A stretch of DNA of 64,000 nucleotides from the IMG/VR virus record IMGVR_UViG_3300028591_000203, positions 1-64,000 of that record, one strand, 5' to 3'. The notes beneath the pieces are model-generated. The model made no database searches. It had not been told where the DNA came from and saw nothing but the letters and a program-made list of their open reading frames with translations. This document shows, piece after piece, positions 1-8,458 of the stretch (position 1 is its first letter; every line of letters begins with the position of its first letter). The stretch comes from a virus. A program made the translations under genes and the position numbers.

Positions 1-26
1 TTTCTTTTTAAAAGGAAGAATTATAT

Positions 27-521
27 ATGACTAATAGAAAAGAATATCGTAAAAAATATTATGAAGAGCATAAAGAGAAAATAAATGAAAAATGTAAAAA
101 ATATTATAAAGAGCATAAAGAGGAAATAAATGAAAGACATAAAAAATATAACGAAAAACATAAAGAACAAAGAAAAGAAGCTCTAAAAAAATATTATGAA
201 AAACATAAAGAGGAAATAAAAGAAAAAAATAAAAAACATAAAGAAAAACGAAATAAATATCGTTCGGAGTATTATAAGAAAAATCCAGAAAAATTTAAAA
301 AATTTAAAAAGAATGAAGTAAATGAAAATACTGCTAGTAGAGATAAAGCAACAAATTATAAACAAGAATGGACTTATGAAGATTATTTAAAACTTGAACG
401 ATATTTAAATGAAAATAAAAAAGCTAAAGAAATAGCTGAATTAATGAATAGAACAATATTTGCAATACGAGATAAAATATATTTATTAAAAAAAGAAGGT
501 AATCCATATATTAAAAAGTAA
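27..521 (+). CDS. Lys/Glu-rich repeat protein (16-aa KKYYxEHKEEINEx tandem repeats) with C-terminal Myb/SANT-like helix-turn-helix
   Basis: ORF track. Four to five 48-bp in-frame repeats at nt 45-260. C-terminus WTYEDYLKLERYL...IAELMNRTIFAIRDKIY fits the Myb/SANT pattern W-x2-E(D)-x-L...IA-x-L-x-RT. Paralog of 528-1100. Confidence 0.35.
   Translation: MTNRKEYRKKYYEEHKEKINEKCKKYYKEHKEEINERHKKYNEKHKEQRKEALKKYYEKHKEEIKEKNKKHKEKRNKYRSEYYKKNPEKFKKFKKNEVNENTASRDKATNYKQEWTYEDYLKLERYLNENKKAKEIAELMNRTIFAIRDKIYLLKKEGNPYIKK
45..260. repeat. 48-bp in-frame tandem repeats (4-5 copies)
   Basis: aaatattat(g/a)a(a/g)gagcataaagag(a/g)aaataaatgaaa... repeated. Encodes the KKYYEEHKEEINEK units. Confidence 0.75.
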
Positions 522-527
522 AAGGAG

Positions 528-1100
528 TTGTTTAAGATTATGTCTAATAAAAAAGATAAAAAAACATTAAATGATATGATCGAAGAACTGTATATTATGC
601 ATCCAAAAATTTCATATATAGATGGTTATACAAATATGAATAGAACTTGTATTTTTTATTGTAGCGTTTGTGACAGATATTTTAAAAGAACATTTAATAC
701 TATTCTAAATAAAGATAGAGAACCATGCCCTATTTGTAGATCAATCGAAGTAACTATATTTAGTAGAATGTCAAAAGAGACTATTTATAAATATAGAAAA
801 AATAATGAAAAAGCATTTAATGAATATATTTATAAATATAAATTAGCTACTAATCTTAAGTATAAAATGAAATATAAAGATACTCATACCTATATGGATT
901 ATGATAAAAGAGGTAGATTAAAAGATAAACCAGAAAATTATGGAAAATCTTGGACTGATGAAGATTATTCTAAACTTAAACAATATATGGATGAAGGTAT
1001 GCCTATATATAAAATTTCACAATTAATGAAAAGAACAGTTGAAGCAATAAGAACACAACAATACTTTTTAAAATTTTTAGAAAATCGTAATAATAAATAA
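528..1100 (+). CDS. Zn-ribbon (CSVC...CPIC) plus C-terminal Myb/SANT-like HTH protein, paralog of preceding gene
   Basis: CxxC-x21-CxxC motif. C-terminus SWTDEDYSKLKQYMDEGMPIYKISQLMKRTVEAIRTQQY matches the same HTH motif as the 27-521 product. AAGGAG RBS. Confidence 0.35.
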   Translation: MFKIMSNKKDKKTLNDMIEELYIMHPKISYIDGYTNMNRTCIFYCSVCDRYFKRTFNTILNKDREPCPICRSIEVTIFSRMSKETIYKYRKNNEKAFNEYIYKYKLATNLKYKMKYKDTHTYMDYDKRGRLKDKPENYGKSWTDEDYSKLKQYMDEGMPIYKISQLMKRTVEAIRTQQYFLKFLENRNNK

Positions 1101-1106
1101 ATATAA

Positions 1107-1145
1107 ATCCCATAAGACAATATTGTCTTATGGGATTTTTTTTTT
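1107..1145. terminator. intrinsic terminator (bidirectional)
   Basis: Hairpin atcccataagacaat/attgtcttatgggat followed by T10, with an A-run upstream. Confidence 0.7.
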
Positions 1146-2352
1146 AGCCTGAAATATAGTCATCTATATTAATTTTTGCTAAGTGAACAGTACTATCATG
1201 GAAAGCCTTCATTGATTTATTAAGGATAATACCACCAATTTCGGTTGTAAGTAATCCAATATTTTTACTTCCCATTTTATAATAATAGTTTCCTGCACAT
1301 TTATTACAAATCTTATCTCCTTTACAATACATTGGAGATCTCATTTTAACTACCTTGTTAATAAATTTAGATTTAGTATCTTCATTAAGTTCTACAAGCT
1401 GATTTGTTGAAGGATCTTTTACATAACGATACATGAATTTATCAAAATGTTTTTCATCAAGTACGAATTCATAGAATAATTTAGAACCACAATCAGAGCC
1501 TTCATCGTCTAATACAGATGTTTGGAAACTTGTACACATAATCTTATTTTGATAACCACCATCTTGAGTTTCTACTGCTTTACCGAATGTACCTGCAATA
1601 GACATATCACAGTAATATTTAAACTCATCAGGTCTAATACCTTCATCCAAGTTACTTGTAGAAATATAAGTTTCACCTGTAACGAAGTCTTTAACTGCTC
1701 CACGAATAACTGAAGTGCATTTATAGTTATTATCAAAGCTACCACGACAACCACTATTATAAATCTGCATTGCTGGTGTATCTTTAAATGTATCTTTAGC
1801 AATATCTAGTAATTCTTTTTCAATTTTAGCTGTTGCAACAGTATCACCATTTTTAATAGCAACATCATTTTCTTTAAGTAATTCTTCTTTACGTTTAGCA
1901 ATCTTAGGATTAGTCATAACAAAATCAGCACTTAAAGAAGCATTCATAAATTTACCACAATAAAATCCAAACCAATTTATTTTATCCATAAAATCTCTAG
2001 TTTCTTGGGCATCTAACTGATCATTACCAAAATACTTTACAATTTTAGTTAAAAATTTATTAATGTCTTTTCCAAATGCTTTATTTTGATATCCAACTAA
2101 TTCACCAATTTTTGGAGATAATATTAATAAATTAAAAATATATCTTCCTACTGTAGTAGTTTCAGCAGTTTTATTATATAACTTTCCTGCTGGAAGAACA
2201 AAATAATCTTGAGGGCAGTATTTAGGCTTTTTAGATTTTGTATAAGCAAAGTATTCTTCAAGCATTGGTCCAGTAATATCATCAGAAGTAAGAGCTAATA
2301 GTTCTTTTATTTCAGATTCACTTAAAGATCTACCTTGAATTACTTTTTCCAT
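1144..2352 (-). CDS. Multisubunit RNA polymerase beta-prime C-terminal module (bridge helix, Zn motif, trigger loop), copy 1
   Basis: EGIRPDEFKYY...GTFGKAVETQDGGYQNK...SDCGSK aligns to bacterial beta-prime EGL..[26 protein letters not shown]...DCGT. MYCKGDKICNKCAG matches C.TRRGVCAKCYG. GLLTTEIGGIILNKSMKAFH matches the trigger loop G.IAAQSIGEPGTQLTMRTFH. RBS AAGGAAGGTG. Confidence 0.6.
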   Translation of the reverse strand: MEKVIQGRSLSESEIKELLALTSDDITGPMLEEYFAYTKSKKPKYCPQDYFVLPAGKLYNKTAETTTVGRYIFNLLILSPKIGELVGYQNKAFGKDINKFLTKIVKYFGNDQLDAQETRDFMDKINWFGFYCGKFMNASLSADFVMTNPKIAKRKEELLKENDVAIKNGDTVATAKIEKELLDIAKDTFKDTPAMQIYNSGCRGSFDNNYKCTSVIRGAVKDFVTGETYISTSNLDEGIRPDEFKYYCDMSIAGTFGKAVETQDGGYQNKIMCTSFQTSVLDDEGSDCGSKLFYEFVLDEKHFDKFMYRYVKDPSTNQLVELNEDTKSKFINKVVKMRSPMYCKGDKICNKCAGNYYYKMGSKNIGLLTTEIGGIILNKSMKAFHDSTVHLAKINIDDYISG

Positions 2353-2398
2353 ATTAACACCTTCCTTTTAAAAAATATAATAATAAATAGTTGTATCT

Positions 2399-2437
2399 CG
2401 TATTTAATATTGATGTGATTTATATATTATAATTATG
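2399..2437 (+). promoter_or_regulatory. conserved bipartite phage promoter, copy 1 (CGTATTTAA-N17-TATTATAATTATG)
   Basis: Matches the 6-copy motif with an exact 17-nt spacer. Lies immediately upstream of the RBS of the 2453 gene. Confidence 0.55.
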
Positions 2438-2452
2438 AAAGGAGGGATTTTT

Positions 2453-2893
2453 ATGCAAAATATTGAGATCCCTATCACAAAAAGGGTATTTGAACGTCTC
2501 TGTAAAAGAGATTGTGAAGACCCTAATTGTAATCTTCCTTTCATCTTCCGTGAAAAAGATGAGGAAGAAAACAATACTTTTGATCATGTATTTCTGGTTG
2601 TACATGGTGCAAAAGAAGGAGGAGTTCTCAATGCTTATGAGAACACCATTCAACCAGTTCCAGAATTTATTCAATTTATGAAAAAGAGAATAAATAAATT
2701 GAATAAATTTAAAGAAATTGTTCTTGTTTGCTGTCACGGAGCAGCTCAAGAACAAGTAAAAGGAGTTACTATTCTGAATAAAAGTAACTCTGAAATACAC
2801 ACTACTAATAGTAAAATGTGTGCATATTTCACTGAAGAAGGAGATATGGCATATAGTTTTACTATCAGTGGTATTGATGGAGCTTTTTATTAA
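2453..2893 (+). CDS. hypothetical protein (Cys-rich; VLVCCHGAAQ motif), promoter-cassette gene
   Basis: The ORF track frame starts at 2435, but the RBS AAAGGAGGG sits 7 nt before the ATG at 2453 (MQNIEI). Own promoter and terminator. No recognisable family. Confidence 0.5.
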   Translation: MQNIEIPITKRVFERLCKRDCEDPNCNLPFIFREKDEEENNTFDHVFLVVHGAKEGGVLNAYENTIQPVPEFIQFMKKRINKLNKFKEIVLVCCHGAAQEQVKGVTILNKSNSEIHTTNSKMCAYFTEEGDMAYSFTISGIDGAFY

Positions 2894-2912
2894 GCTCCAT
2901 CATTTTTTTTTT
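2879..2912 (+). terminator. intrinsic terminator
   Basis: ggagctt/aagctcc stem followed by T10. Confidence 0.6.
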
Positions 2913-2955
2913 CTAAAACTTATAATTATTATATTCTTATTAAAGGAGTGATATT

Positions 2956-3264
2956 ATGAATAACTATGAAAAAGCTTTTATGGAAGGATATTTAGATGCA
3001 ATTCAAAGTATTGATGTCCTTTATAATAATGATGCTACTGATTGTGAAGAATGTAGTGAAGATGATTTTGATATGTATTCAGATGATGATTTTGACGAAG
3101 AATTAGATGAAGGTTTTGTAAGTGCCATGAGAGCAGTAATAGATAAACCAAGAAAAACAAATACTAATACTGCTTTAAAGAAAAGAGCTAAAGCACAAGC
3201 TAAATTCGATAAAGCTTTTGAAAAAATGAATAAAGCAGCTGGAGTTAGATATTGTTGTTATTAA
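2956..3264 (+). CDS. small acidic protein with N-terminal MNNYEKAFMEGYLDA motif (EGY-family, putative packaged internal protein)
   Basis: RBS AAAGGAGTG. N-terminus resembles the T4 capsid targeting sequence MKTYQEFIAE. Paralogous motif found in 5 other ORFs. Confidence 0.5.
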   Translation: MNNYEKAFMEGYLDAIQSIDVLYNNDATDCEECSEDDFDMYSDDDFDEELDEGFVSAMRAVIDKPRKTNTNTALKKRAKAQAKFDKAFEKMNKAAGVRYCCY

Positions 3265-3269
3265 TATTA

Positions 3270-3306
3270 ATAACCCTAATGGATTTAATCCATTAGGGTT
3301 TATTTT
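3270..3306. terminator. intrinsic terminator between convergent genes
   Basis: aaccctaatggat/atccattagggtt hairpin followed by TATTTT. Confidence 0.65.
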
Positions 3307-3664
3307 AAAACTTTCCTGAAATACCAATATGTCTTTGTTGCATAGTTCTTCCATCGGAAGAATATCTAGATGTATCTTGAATTGAATATCCTTTAGTTTT
3401 TCCATTATTTAAAATTTCACCTTTATATATCTTAGTACCTTTCTTTTTTTCAAAAATAGTAGTAGCTGCACGGGCTTTAGCTAAATTTCTTTTACGTTGT
3501 AAATCGCTACGTTCAGTTGTTCCCCAACCATGATATTTATCTCTCATACCACCTTTAGGGCCATTCATACCAAGTTTTCTTTGTTTTTCTTTAGTTATTT
3601 GTGAAGTTTCTAAAAATTCAATAGCATCATAATAACCTTCCATAAAAATTTCTTCGTATGTCAT
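3305..3664 (-). CDS. basic protein with N-terminal MTYEEIFMEGYYDAIEFLE motif (EGY-family, putative packaged internal protein)
   Basis: RBS TAAGGAAGTGA precedes the ATG of MTYEEIF; the ORF track starts 3 codons earlier. N-terminal motif shared with 2956 and 31962. Confidence 0.5.
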   Translation of the reverse strand: MTYEEIFMEGYYDAIEFLETSQITKEKQRKLGMNGPKGGMRDKYHGWGTTERSDLQRKRNLAKARAATTIFEKKKGTKIYKGEILNNGKTKGYSIQDTSRYSSDGRTMQQRHIGISGKF

Positions 3665-3732
3665 AGATATCACTTCCTTACTAAAATATTTTAATTATAA
3701 TAAATTAGTTTTGAGTATATATTATATTTATG

Positions 3733-3761
3733 ATTTTAATTAAAAATTTTTTAATTAAAAT
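3733..3761. promoter_or_regulatory. 29-nt AT-only near-perfect palindrome ATTTTAATTAAAA-A-TTTTTAATTAAAAT in divergent intergenic region
   Basis: Read directly from the sequence. Sits between the divergently transcribed 3305-3664 (minus) and 3791 (plus) genes. Confidence 0.4.
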
Positions 3762-3790
3762 ATTAATATTTATAATTAGGAGGTCAAATT

Positions 3791-4075
3791 ATGACACAGT
3801 ATATAGAAAATATAGTTATTGGAAATCCTATTGTTGAACCTAAAGAACTTCTTGCAAGAGATGATAAAGATTGGGAAGAAGTTGAAAAAGATAAAACTTT
3901 ATTTACAAATGAAAGATTTCTACCAAGATTATTAATAGAGCTTGGTGTATATAAGTCTATTAATGAAATTAGAAAGAATAAGCCAGAATTAGTTAAAGAA
4001 CTTAATGAAATAGATTATATTGATAAATTAAAAGTCTCTAAAAAGAGATTTCTTTGGATTGTAGTAGGTGAATAA
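3791..4075 (+). CDS. hypothetical protein
   Basis: ORF track. RBS AGGAGG 7 nt upstream. Immediately precedes sbcC and may be co-transcribed. Confidence 0.4.
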   Translation: MTQYIENIVIGNPIVEPKELLARDDKDWEEVEKDKTLFTNERFLPRLLIELGVYKSINEIRKNKPELVKELNEIDYIDKLKVSKKRFLWIVVGE

Positions 4076-4088
4076 GGAGGAATAAAAC

Positions 4089-6878
4089 ATGAAGATAAAA
4101 TATATTAAACTTGAAAATTTCTTAGGAATCTATGCAGGAATGAATAGAACTTCTGTAGAAATTGATTTCAAGAATAATAAGAATAAAATTATTATTCTTA
4201 ATGCAGCTAATGGTAAAGGAAAGACTACACTACTTTCTATGCTCCATCCATTAAGAGAAACATTTGATGATAGAAAAGATATTGTAATTCCTAATGAGCT
4301 TGGACATAAAATTGTTGATTTGACTCATGAAGGAAATGAATATCATATTGAACACTTTTATGGAAAAAAGAATAAATCATTCATTTCAAAGAATGGCAAA
4401 GAATTAAATGAAAATGGTAATATCAAATCATTCAATGAAATTGCAAAAGAAGAATTAGGAATTGATGGAGATTACTTTAAAATTGGTAGAATTGGATCAA
4501 ATGTATCTAATTTTATTGATCTTAAAGCAACTGAAAGAAAAAAGTATATTACTGAATTTATTCCAAGTATTGATGAGTATCTTGTTGCTTTTGATACTAT
4601 AAAAGAAAAATTTACTTCTTATAACTCTCAGATTAAGCTTATTAAAGGAACTATTGAAAAATATGCTGGATTAAAAGAGTTAGATGAAATTAAAGCATAT
4701 GTCAAGCAATTAACTAAGCAAAATGATGAGTTCCAAACAAAACTTGGAAAGGTTAAAGCTAAAATTGAGAGTTTTTCAGAAGATAAGAAAAAGCTTGAAG
4801 ATGAAATAGTTAACTATATTAATAATGAAACTGATTATCATATTGATAACTTTGAAATGCTTAATAGTATGACAATGTTAATTGATGATGATCTCGATGA
4901 AACAGAAAAGACATTAGGAGTATGGCAAGAAGAATATAATAATTTTCTTGAAAATAATAAAATTTTAGTAACAGAAAATATCCCAGAATATATGAAAAAC
5001 CTTCAAAATAAATTCAATATCAGAAAAGCTAAATTAGAAAATGAATTAGAAACACTTAAAGAATCTCTTAAAGAATGTACTTCTGATTTATTAGCTAATC
5101 AAAATGTAGTTGAAGTTTACAATCAAAAATTAAAGGATATCGATGGAGATTTAAGTGAAGAACAAATCGAAGAATTTAGAAAAGAACTAACAGAGACTAA
5201 TAAATATCTTGAAATTGCAAAAAAACAATTAGAAGATAATAAGAAAAAATTAACTTCCGAAGAATATGAAGAAACAGTTAATTTTTATAATACAAAATCT
5301 ATAGATCCAGTAAATATTCTTACTTATGCAAATACTTTTATTGATATGATAGATACACTTAAATCTCAGTATGATTTATCTACTTTAGAAGGCTATTATT
5401 CTTATATTGAAAACAGTGAAAATATTTTGGATAAGAAAGGAATTAATGCTGAAATAAGTAAATTAGAGCATGACATTCAAGAAAATAATGCTATACTAAA
5501 TAAAATTGAAGGAAGACTAAAACTTGTTAGTGAAACTCTTCCTAAGAGATCTACTAAGTGTACAGATGATACTTGTAGTTTTATTAAAAATGCTTTAGAT
5601 ATTCAGAAGTCAGATATTCCAGAACAAGATAAAAGACTAAAGAAACAAAAAGAATTACAAGAAAAATTAGATGAACTTACTGAATTAAGAGATACTATTT
5701 CAGTATATATTGAAATTGAAAAATTTCTGAATGATACTTATAACTACATTAAAAAGCATTTTCCTGATTATATTTATACAAAGTTATTTAACAGAAAACT
5801 ATTAATTACAAATAATACTGATTTAATAAAAGAATTTAAAATTGATATTCTTTATAATATCTTTACTAAAAAAGATGTCGTTGAAAAATGCGAAATTCAG
5901 AAAGAATCTTTTATGAATAAAATTAGTGTATTTGATATGTCTAAATCATTAATTGATGAATATAAAGAAAATCTTGATAAAGCTAATGATGCAGTTACTA
6001 CATTAAAAGAAAAGATTGAAACATGTAATGAAAAAATTGTAGAAACTGACTTAAAGATTAAAAGCCTTATTATTAGAATTTCACGTTGTGATGAATTCTT
6101 TGAAATTAATAAGAATCTTACTGAATGCACAGATATTTATCATAAACTTATTAAAACACAGACAGAGTTAAGCAAATTGCTTATTGAGTATAAGAACTTT
6201 AAAACTAAAAATAATATCGATGACTTAAAAGATACAGAAGATATGCTTGAAAGAAGTATTAAAGAACTTAAAACAAAACTTGATGAAAATAATACTGCAG
6301 TAAGAATTATTGAAGATAATATGAAGAAGCTTTCTGAAATTGAAAAGGTATATAAGGATGTAGTACTTATTAAGGATGCTTTAGATCCAAAGAAAGGTAT
6401 TCCAGTTGTATTTGCAAATGAATATCTTAAGAATATTGCTACTAAAGCTAATAATCTTCTTAAAATTGCTTATGGTGATCATTTTAAGATTAGATTTAAT
6501 ATTACATCAACTGATTTCCTAGTTGAAGTTTATAAAAGCGATGGAACATTCTTAAATGATATTAAGCTTGCATCTCAAGGAGAAACTTCTTTAACAAATG
6601 TATCTCTTAGCTTAGCAATGCTTGAATGTATGATTAAGAAATACAATATTGTATATCTTGATGAAGTAGACTGTACACTATCGACAGAAAATAGAAAACT
6701 TTTTATTGAAATGCTTGAAAATCAAATGGATTCATTAAATATCGAACAGTGTTTCGTAATTTCACATAATAATGAATTCTATGACAAAAACATTGATTTA
6801 ATTCTTCTTGAAGGTCATGATTGTGATCTAAATGATAAAGATTTCATGGCTGGAAAGAATGTAATTTTTAAATTATAA
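4089..6878 (+). CDS. sbcC: SbcC/Rad50-family recombination ATPase (T4 gp46-like)
   Basis: N-terminal Walker A NAANGKGKTTLLS. Long coiled-coil middle. C-terminal signature SQGETSLTNVSLSLAM and Walker B VYLDEVD. RBS AAGGAGG. Confidence 0.85.
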   Translation: MKIKYIKLENFLGIYAGMNRTSVEIDFKNNKNKIIILNAANGKGKTTLLSMLHPLRETFDDRKDIVIPNELGHKIVDLTHEGNEYHIEHFYGKKNKSFISKNGKELNENGNIKSFNEIAKEELGIDGDYFKIGRIGSNVSNFIDLKATERKKYITEFIPSIDEYLVAFDTIKEKFTSYNSQIKLIKGTIEKYAGLKELDEIKAYVKQLTKQNDEFQTKLGKVKAKIESFSEDKKKLEDEIVNYINNETDYHIDNFEMLNSMTMLIDDDLDETEKTLGVWQEEYNNFLENNKILVTENIPEYMKNLQNKFNIRKAKLENELETLKESLKECTSDLLANQNVVEVYNQKLKDIDGDLSEEQIEEFRKELTETNKYLEIAKKQLEDNKKKLTSEEYEETVNFYNTKSIDPVNILTYANTFIDMIDTLKSQYDLSTLEGYYSYIENSENILDKKGINAEISKLEHDIQENNAILNKIEGRLKLVSETLPKRSTKCTDDTCSFIKNALDIQKSDIPEQDKRLKKQKELQEKLDELTELRDTISVYIEIEKFLNDTYNYIKKHFPDYIYTKLFNRKLLITNNTDLIKEFKIDILYNIFTKKDVVEKCEIQKESFMNKISVFDMSKSLIDEYKENLDKANDAVTTLKEKIETCNEKIVETDLKIKSLIIRISRCDEFFEINKNLTECTDIYHKLIKTQTELSKLLIEYKNFKTKNNIDDLKDTEDMLERSIKELKTKLDENNTAVRIIEDNMKKLSEIEKVYKDVVLIKDALDPKKGIPVVFANEYLKNIATKANNLLKIAYGDHFKIRFNITSTDFLVEVYKSDGTFLNDIKLASQGETSLTNVSLSLAMLECMIKKYNIVYLDEVDCTLSTENRKLFIEMLENQMDSLNIEQCFVISHNNEFYDKNIDLILLEGHDCDLNDKDFMAGKNVIFKL

Positions 6879-6890
6879 GTATATATTATC

Positions 6891-6929
6891 TTAGTGCTAA
6901 TGATATTTCATTAGCACTAATTATTTTTA
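6891..6929 (+). terminator. intrinsic terminator
   Basis: ttagtgctaatga/tcattagcactaa hairpin followed by TTATTTTT. Confidence 0.6.
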
Positions 6930-6945
6930 AGGAGGTCCATTAATT

Positions 6946-7848
6946 ATGGATAATCAGGCAAAATTTATTAAGAGAATCATCATCGCATCAGTAGTAGGTC
7001 TTATTGTACTATTTCTTAGTCTATCTTCAATGACTAAGGTAGACTCAGGTTATACTGGTGTAAGAGTATTTATGGGTGCTGTGAAGGAGGAAACTTTTGA
7101 TGCAGGTTTCCACCTTAAAGTTCCTTTCTTTGAAAAGGTAGAGAAAGTAAATAACAAGGTGCAGAAGGTAGAAGTATCAGCAGCTTCTACTTCAAAGGAT
7201 CTTCAGAGTGTAAATAGTACATTAGCGATTAACTATCATCTAGCACCTGAGAGTTCTGTATCGATGTATAAAAACATCGGTATGAGTTATGAAGACACAA
7301 TCCTTCAGCCAGCTATCCAGGAAGCAACAAAGTCCGTAATGGCTCAGTATAGAGCTGAAGAGCTTATTCAGAGACGTGGAGAAGTCTCTATCTCTATTAT
7401 GGATGAAATCTCTAAGAAAGTTTCCGATTACGGCATTGTAATCGACGAGTTTAATATCACCAACTTTGGCTTCTCTCAGGCATTTGACGATGCTATTGAG
7501 CAGAAGCTTGTTGCTGAGCAGAATAAAATTAAGGCAGCTACAGAGAATGAGCAGAGAGTAGCTGCTGCAGAAGCTGATGCTGCAGAAGCAAAGGCAAGAG
7601 CTGAAGGTGAAGCTGAATCTGCAAAGATTAAAGCAGATGGTGAAGCCGAGGCATTAAGAATTAAGGCTGAAGGTGAAGCTGCTGCTATTAAGGCAAAGGG
7701 CGAAGCAGAAGCCGATGCAAATAAGAAGATTCAGGAATCTCTTTCTCAGGACGTTCTTACATACAAGCAGATTGAAGCTTGGAATGGTGAATATCCTGAT
7801 GTAATGTCTGGAGATACAGGCAATATTCTTATTGACACCAGAAAGTAA
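6946..7848 (+). CDS. SPFH / band-7 (prohibitin-HflC-like) membrane protein
   Basis: N-terminal TM helix. SPFH core (GVRVFMGAV...QSVNSTLAINYHL...AEELIQRRGEVS). C-terminal Ala/Glu-rich coiled-coil repeats AEGEAE. Codon usage is GC-richer than its neighbours. Confidence 0.8.
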   Translation: MDNQAKFIKRIIIASVVGLIVLFLSLSSMTKVDSGYTGVRVFMGAVKEETFDAGFHLKVPFFEKVEKVNNKVQKVEVSAASTSKDLQSVNSTLAINYHLAPESSVSMYKNIGMSYEDTILQPAIQEATKSVMAQYRAEELIQRRGEVSISIMDEISKKVSDYGIVIDEFNITNFGFSQAFDDAIEQKLVAEQNKIKAATENEQRVAAAEADAAEAKARAEGEAESAKIKADGEAEALRIKAEGEAAAIKAKGEAEADANKKIQESLSQDVLTYKQIEAWNGEYPDVMSGDTGNILIDTRK

Positions 7849-7857
7849 TGATTTAAA

Positions 7858-7888
7858 AATAGCCTTCTTCGGAAGGCTATTTTTTTTT
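7858..7888 (+). terminator. intrinsic terminator
   Basis: agccttc-ttcg-gaaggct followed by T10. Confidence 0.8.
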
Positions 7889-7946
7889 AACTGATTATTA
7901 TACATACGTTAAAATATTTCCTTCATTTTACAAGGAGTGGTTTCTT

Positions 7947-8069
7947 ATGGCTCACGATAAGAATATACGAAAAGAAAAGAAAAAACCAAAAAAGTCTAAA
8001 AATAGTAAAGATCCTCCTATACCTATTGTAGACAAAAAAGAAAATCCTTGGTTAAGAAAATATTTTAAA
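7947..8069 (+). CDS. 41-aa highly basic peptide (MAHDKNIRKEKKKPKKSK...)
   Basis: Not in the ORF track because it is under 60 aa. AAGGAG RBS at the proper spacing. Bracketed by two terminators. Confidence 0.25.
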
Positions 8070-8080
8070 ATGGATTAAAT

Positions 8081-8121
8081 AAAAACCCCTTAAGACTTAG
8101 TCTTAAGGGGTATATTTTTTT
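8081..8121. terminator. bidirectional intrinsic terminator
   Basis: A5-ccccttaagact/agtcttaagggg followed by T-run. Confidence 0.8.
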
Positions 8122-8365
8122 ATTTATTTCTCCATACGATTCTACCAGCGGTTAGATCATATGGTGAAATCTCTACTTCTACAGAATCACCTTCAGTAAT
8201 TTGAATGGAATTCATTCTTAACTTACCAGAAATAGTACAAGTAATAATGCTTTCAGTATTATCAATTCGTACCTTAAATTTTGTACCAGGTAAAGTATCT
8301 ACTACTAATCCTGTTACACCAATATGCTCTTCTTTAGGTAATTGATTCTTGTTACATTTTTTCAT
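8120..8365 (-). CDS. infA: translation initiation factor IF-1
   Basis: EEHIGVTGLVVDTLPGTKFKVRIDNTESIITCTISGKLRMNSIQITEGDSVEVEISPYDLTAGRIVWR aligns across its length with E. coli IF1 [67 protein letters not shown]. Confidence 0.85.
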   Translation of the reverse strand: MKKCNKNQLPKEEHIGVTGLVVDTLPGTKFKVRIDNTESIITCTISGKLRMNSIQITEGDSVEVEISPYDLTAGRIVWRNK

Positions 8366-8458
8366 TAGTTATTCTCTCCTATGTAATTAAATTAAATGGC
8401 CTAGCGTGGTACGCATTATCAATTAATTGATACTAAGCGTGCTAGGCACTTTCACGAA

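Noticed and set aside
183-365. Numerous short antisense or alternate-frame ORFs in the six-frame track (e.g. 183-365, 1522-1802, 9223-10275, 11066-11422, 35086-35328, 51148-51813)
   Set aside because: They lie fully inside longer, motif-supported genes on the other strand. Their translations are low-complexity I/F/L/K strings typical of AT-rich antisense frames, and they lack RBSs.
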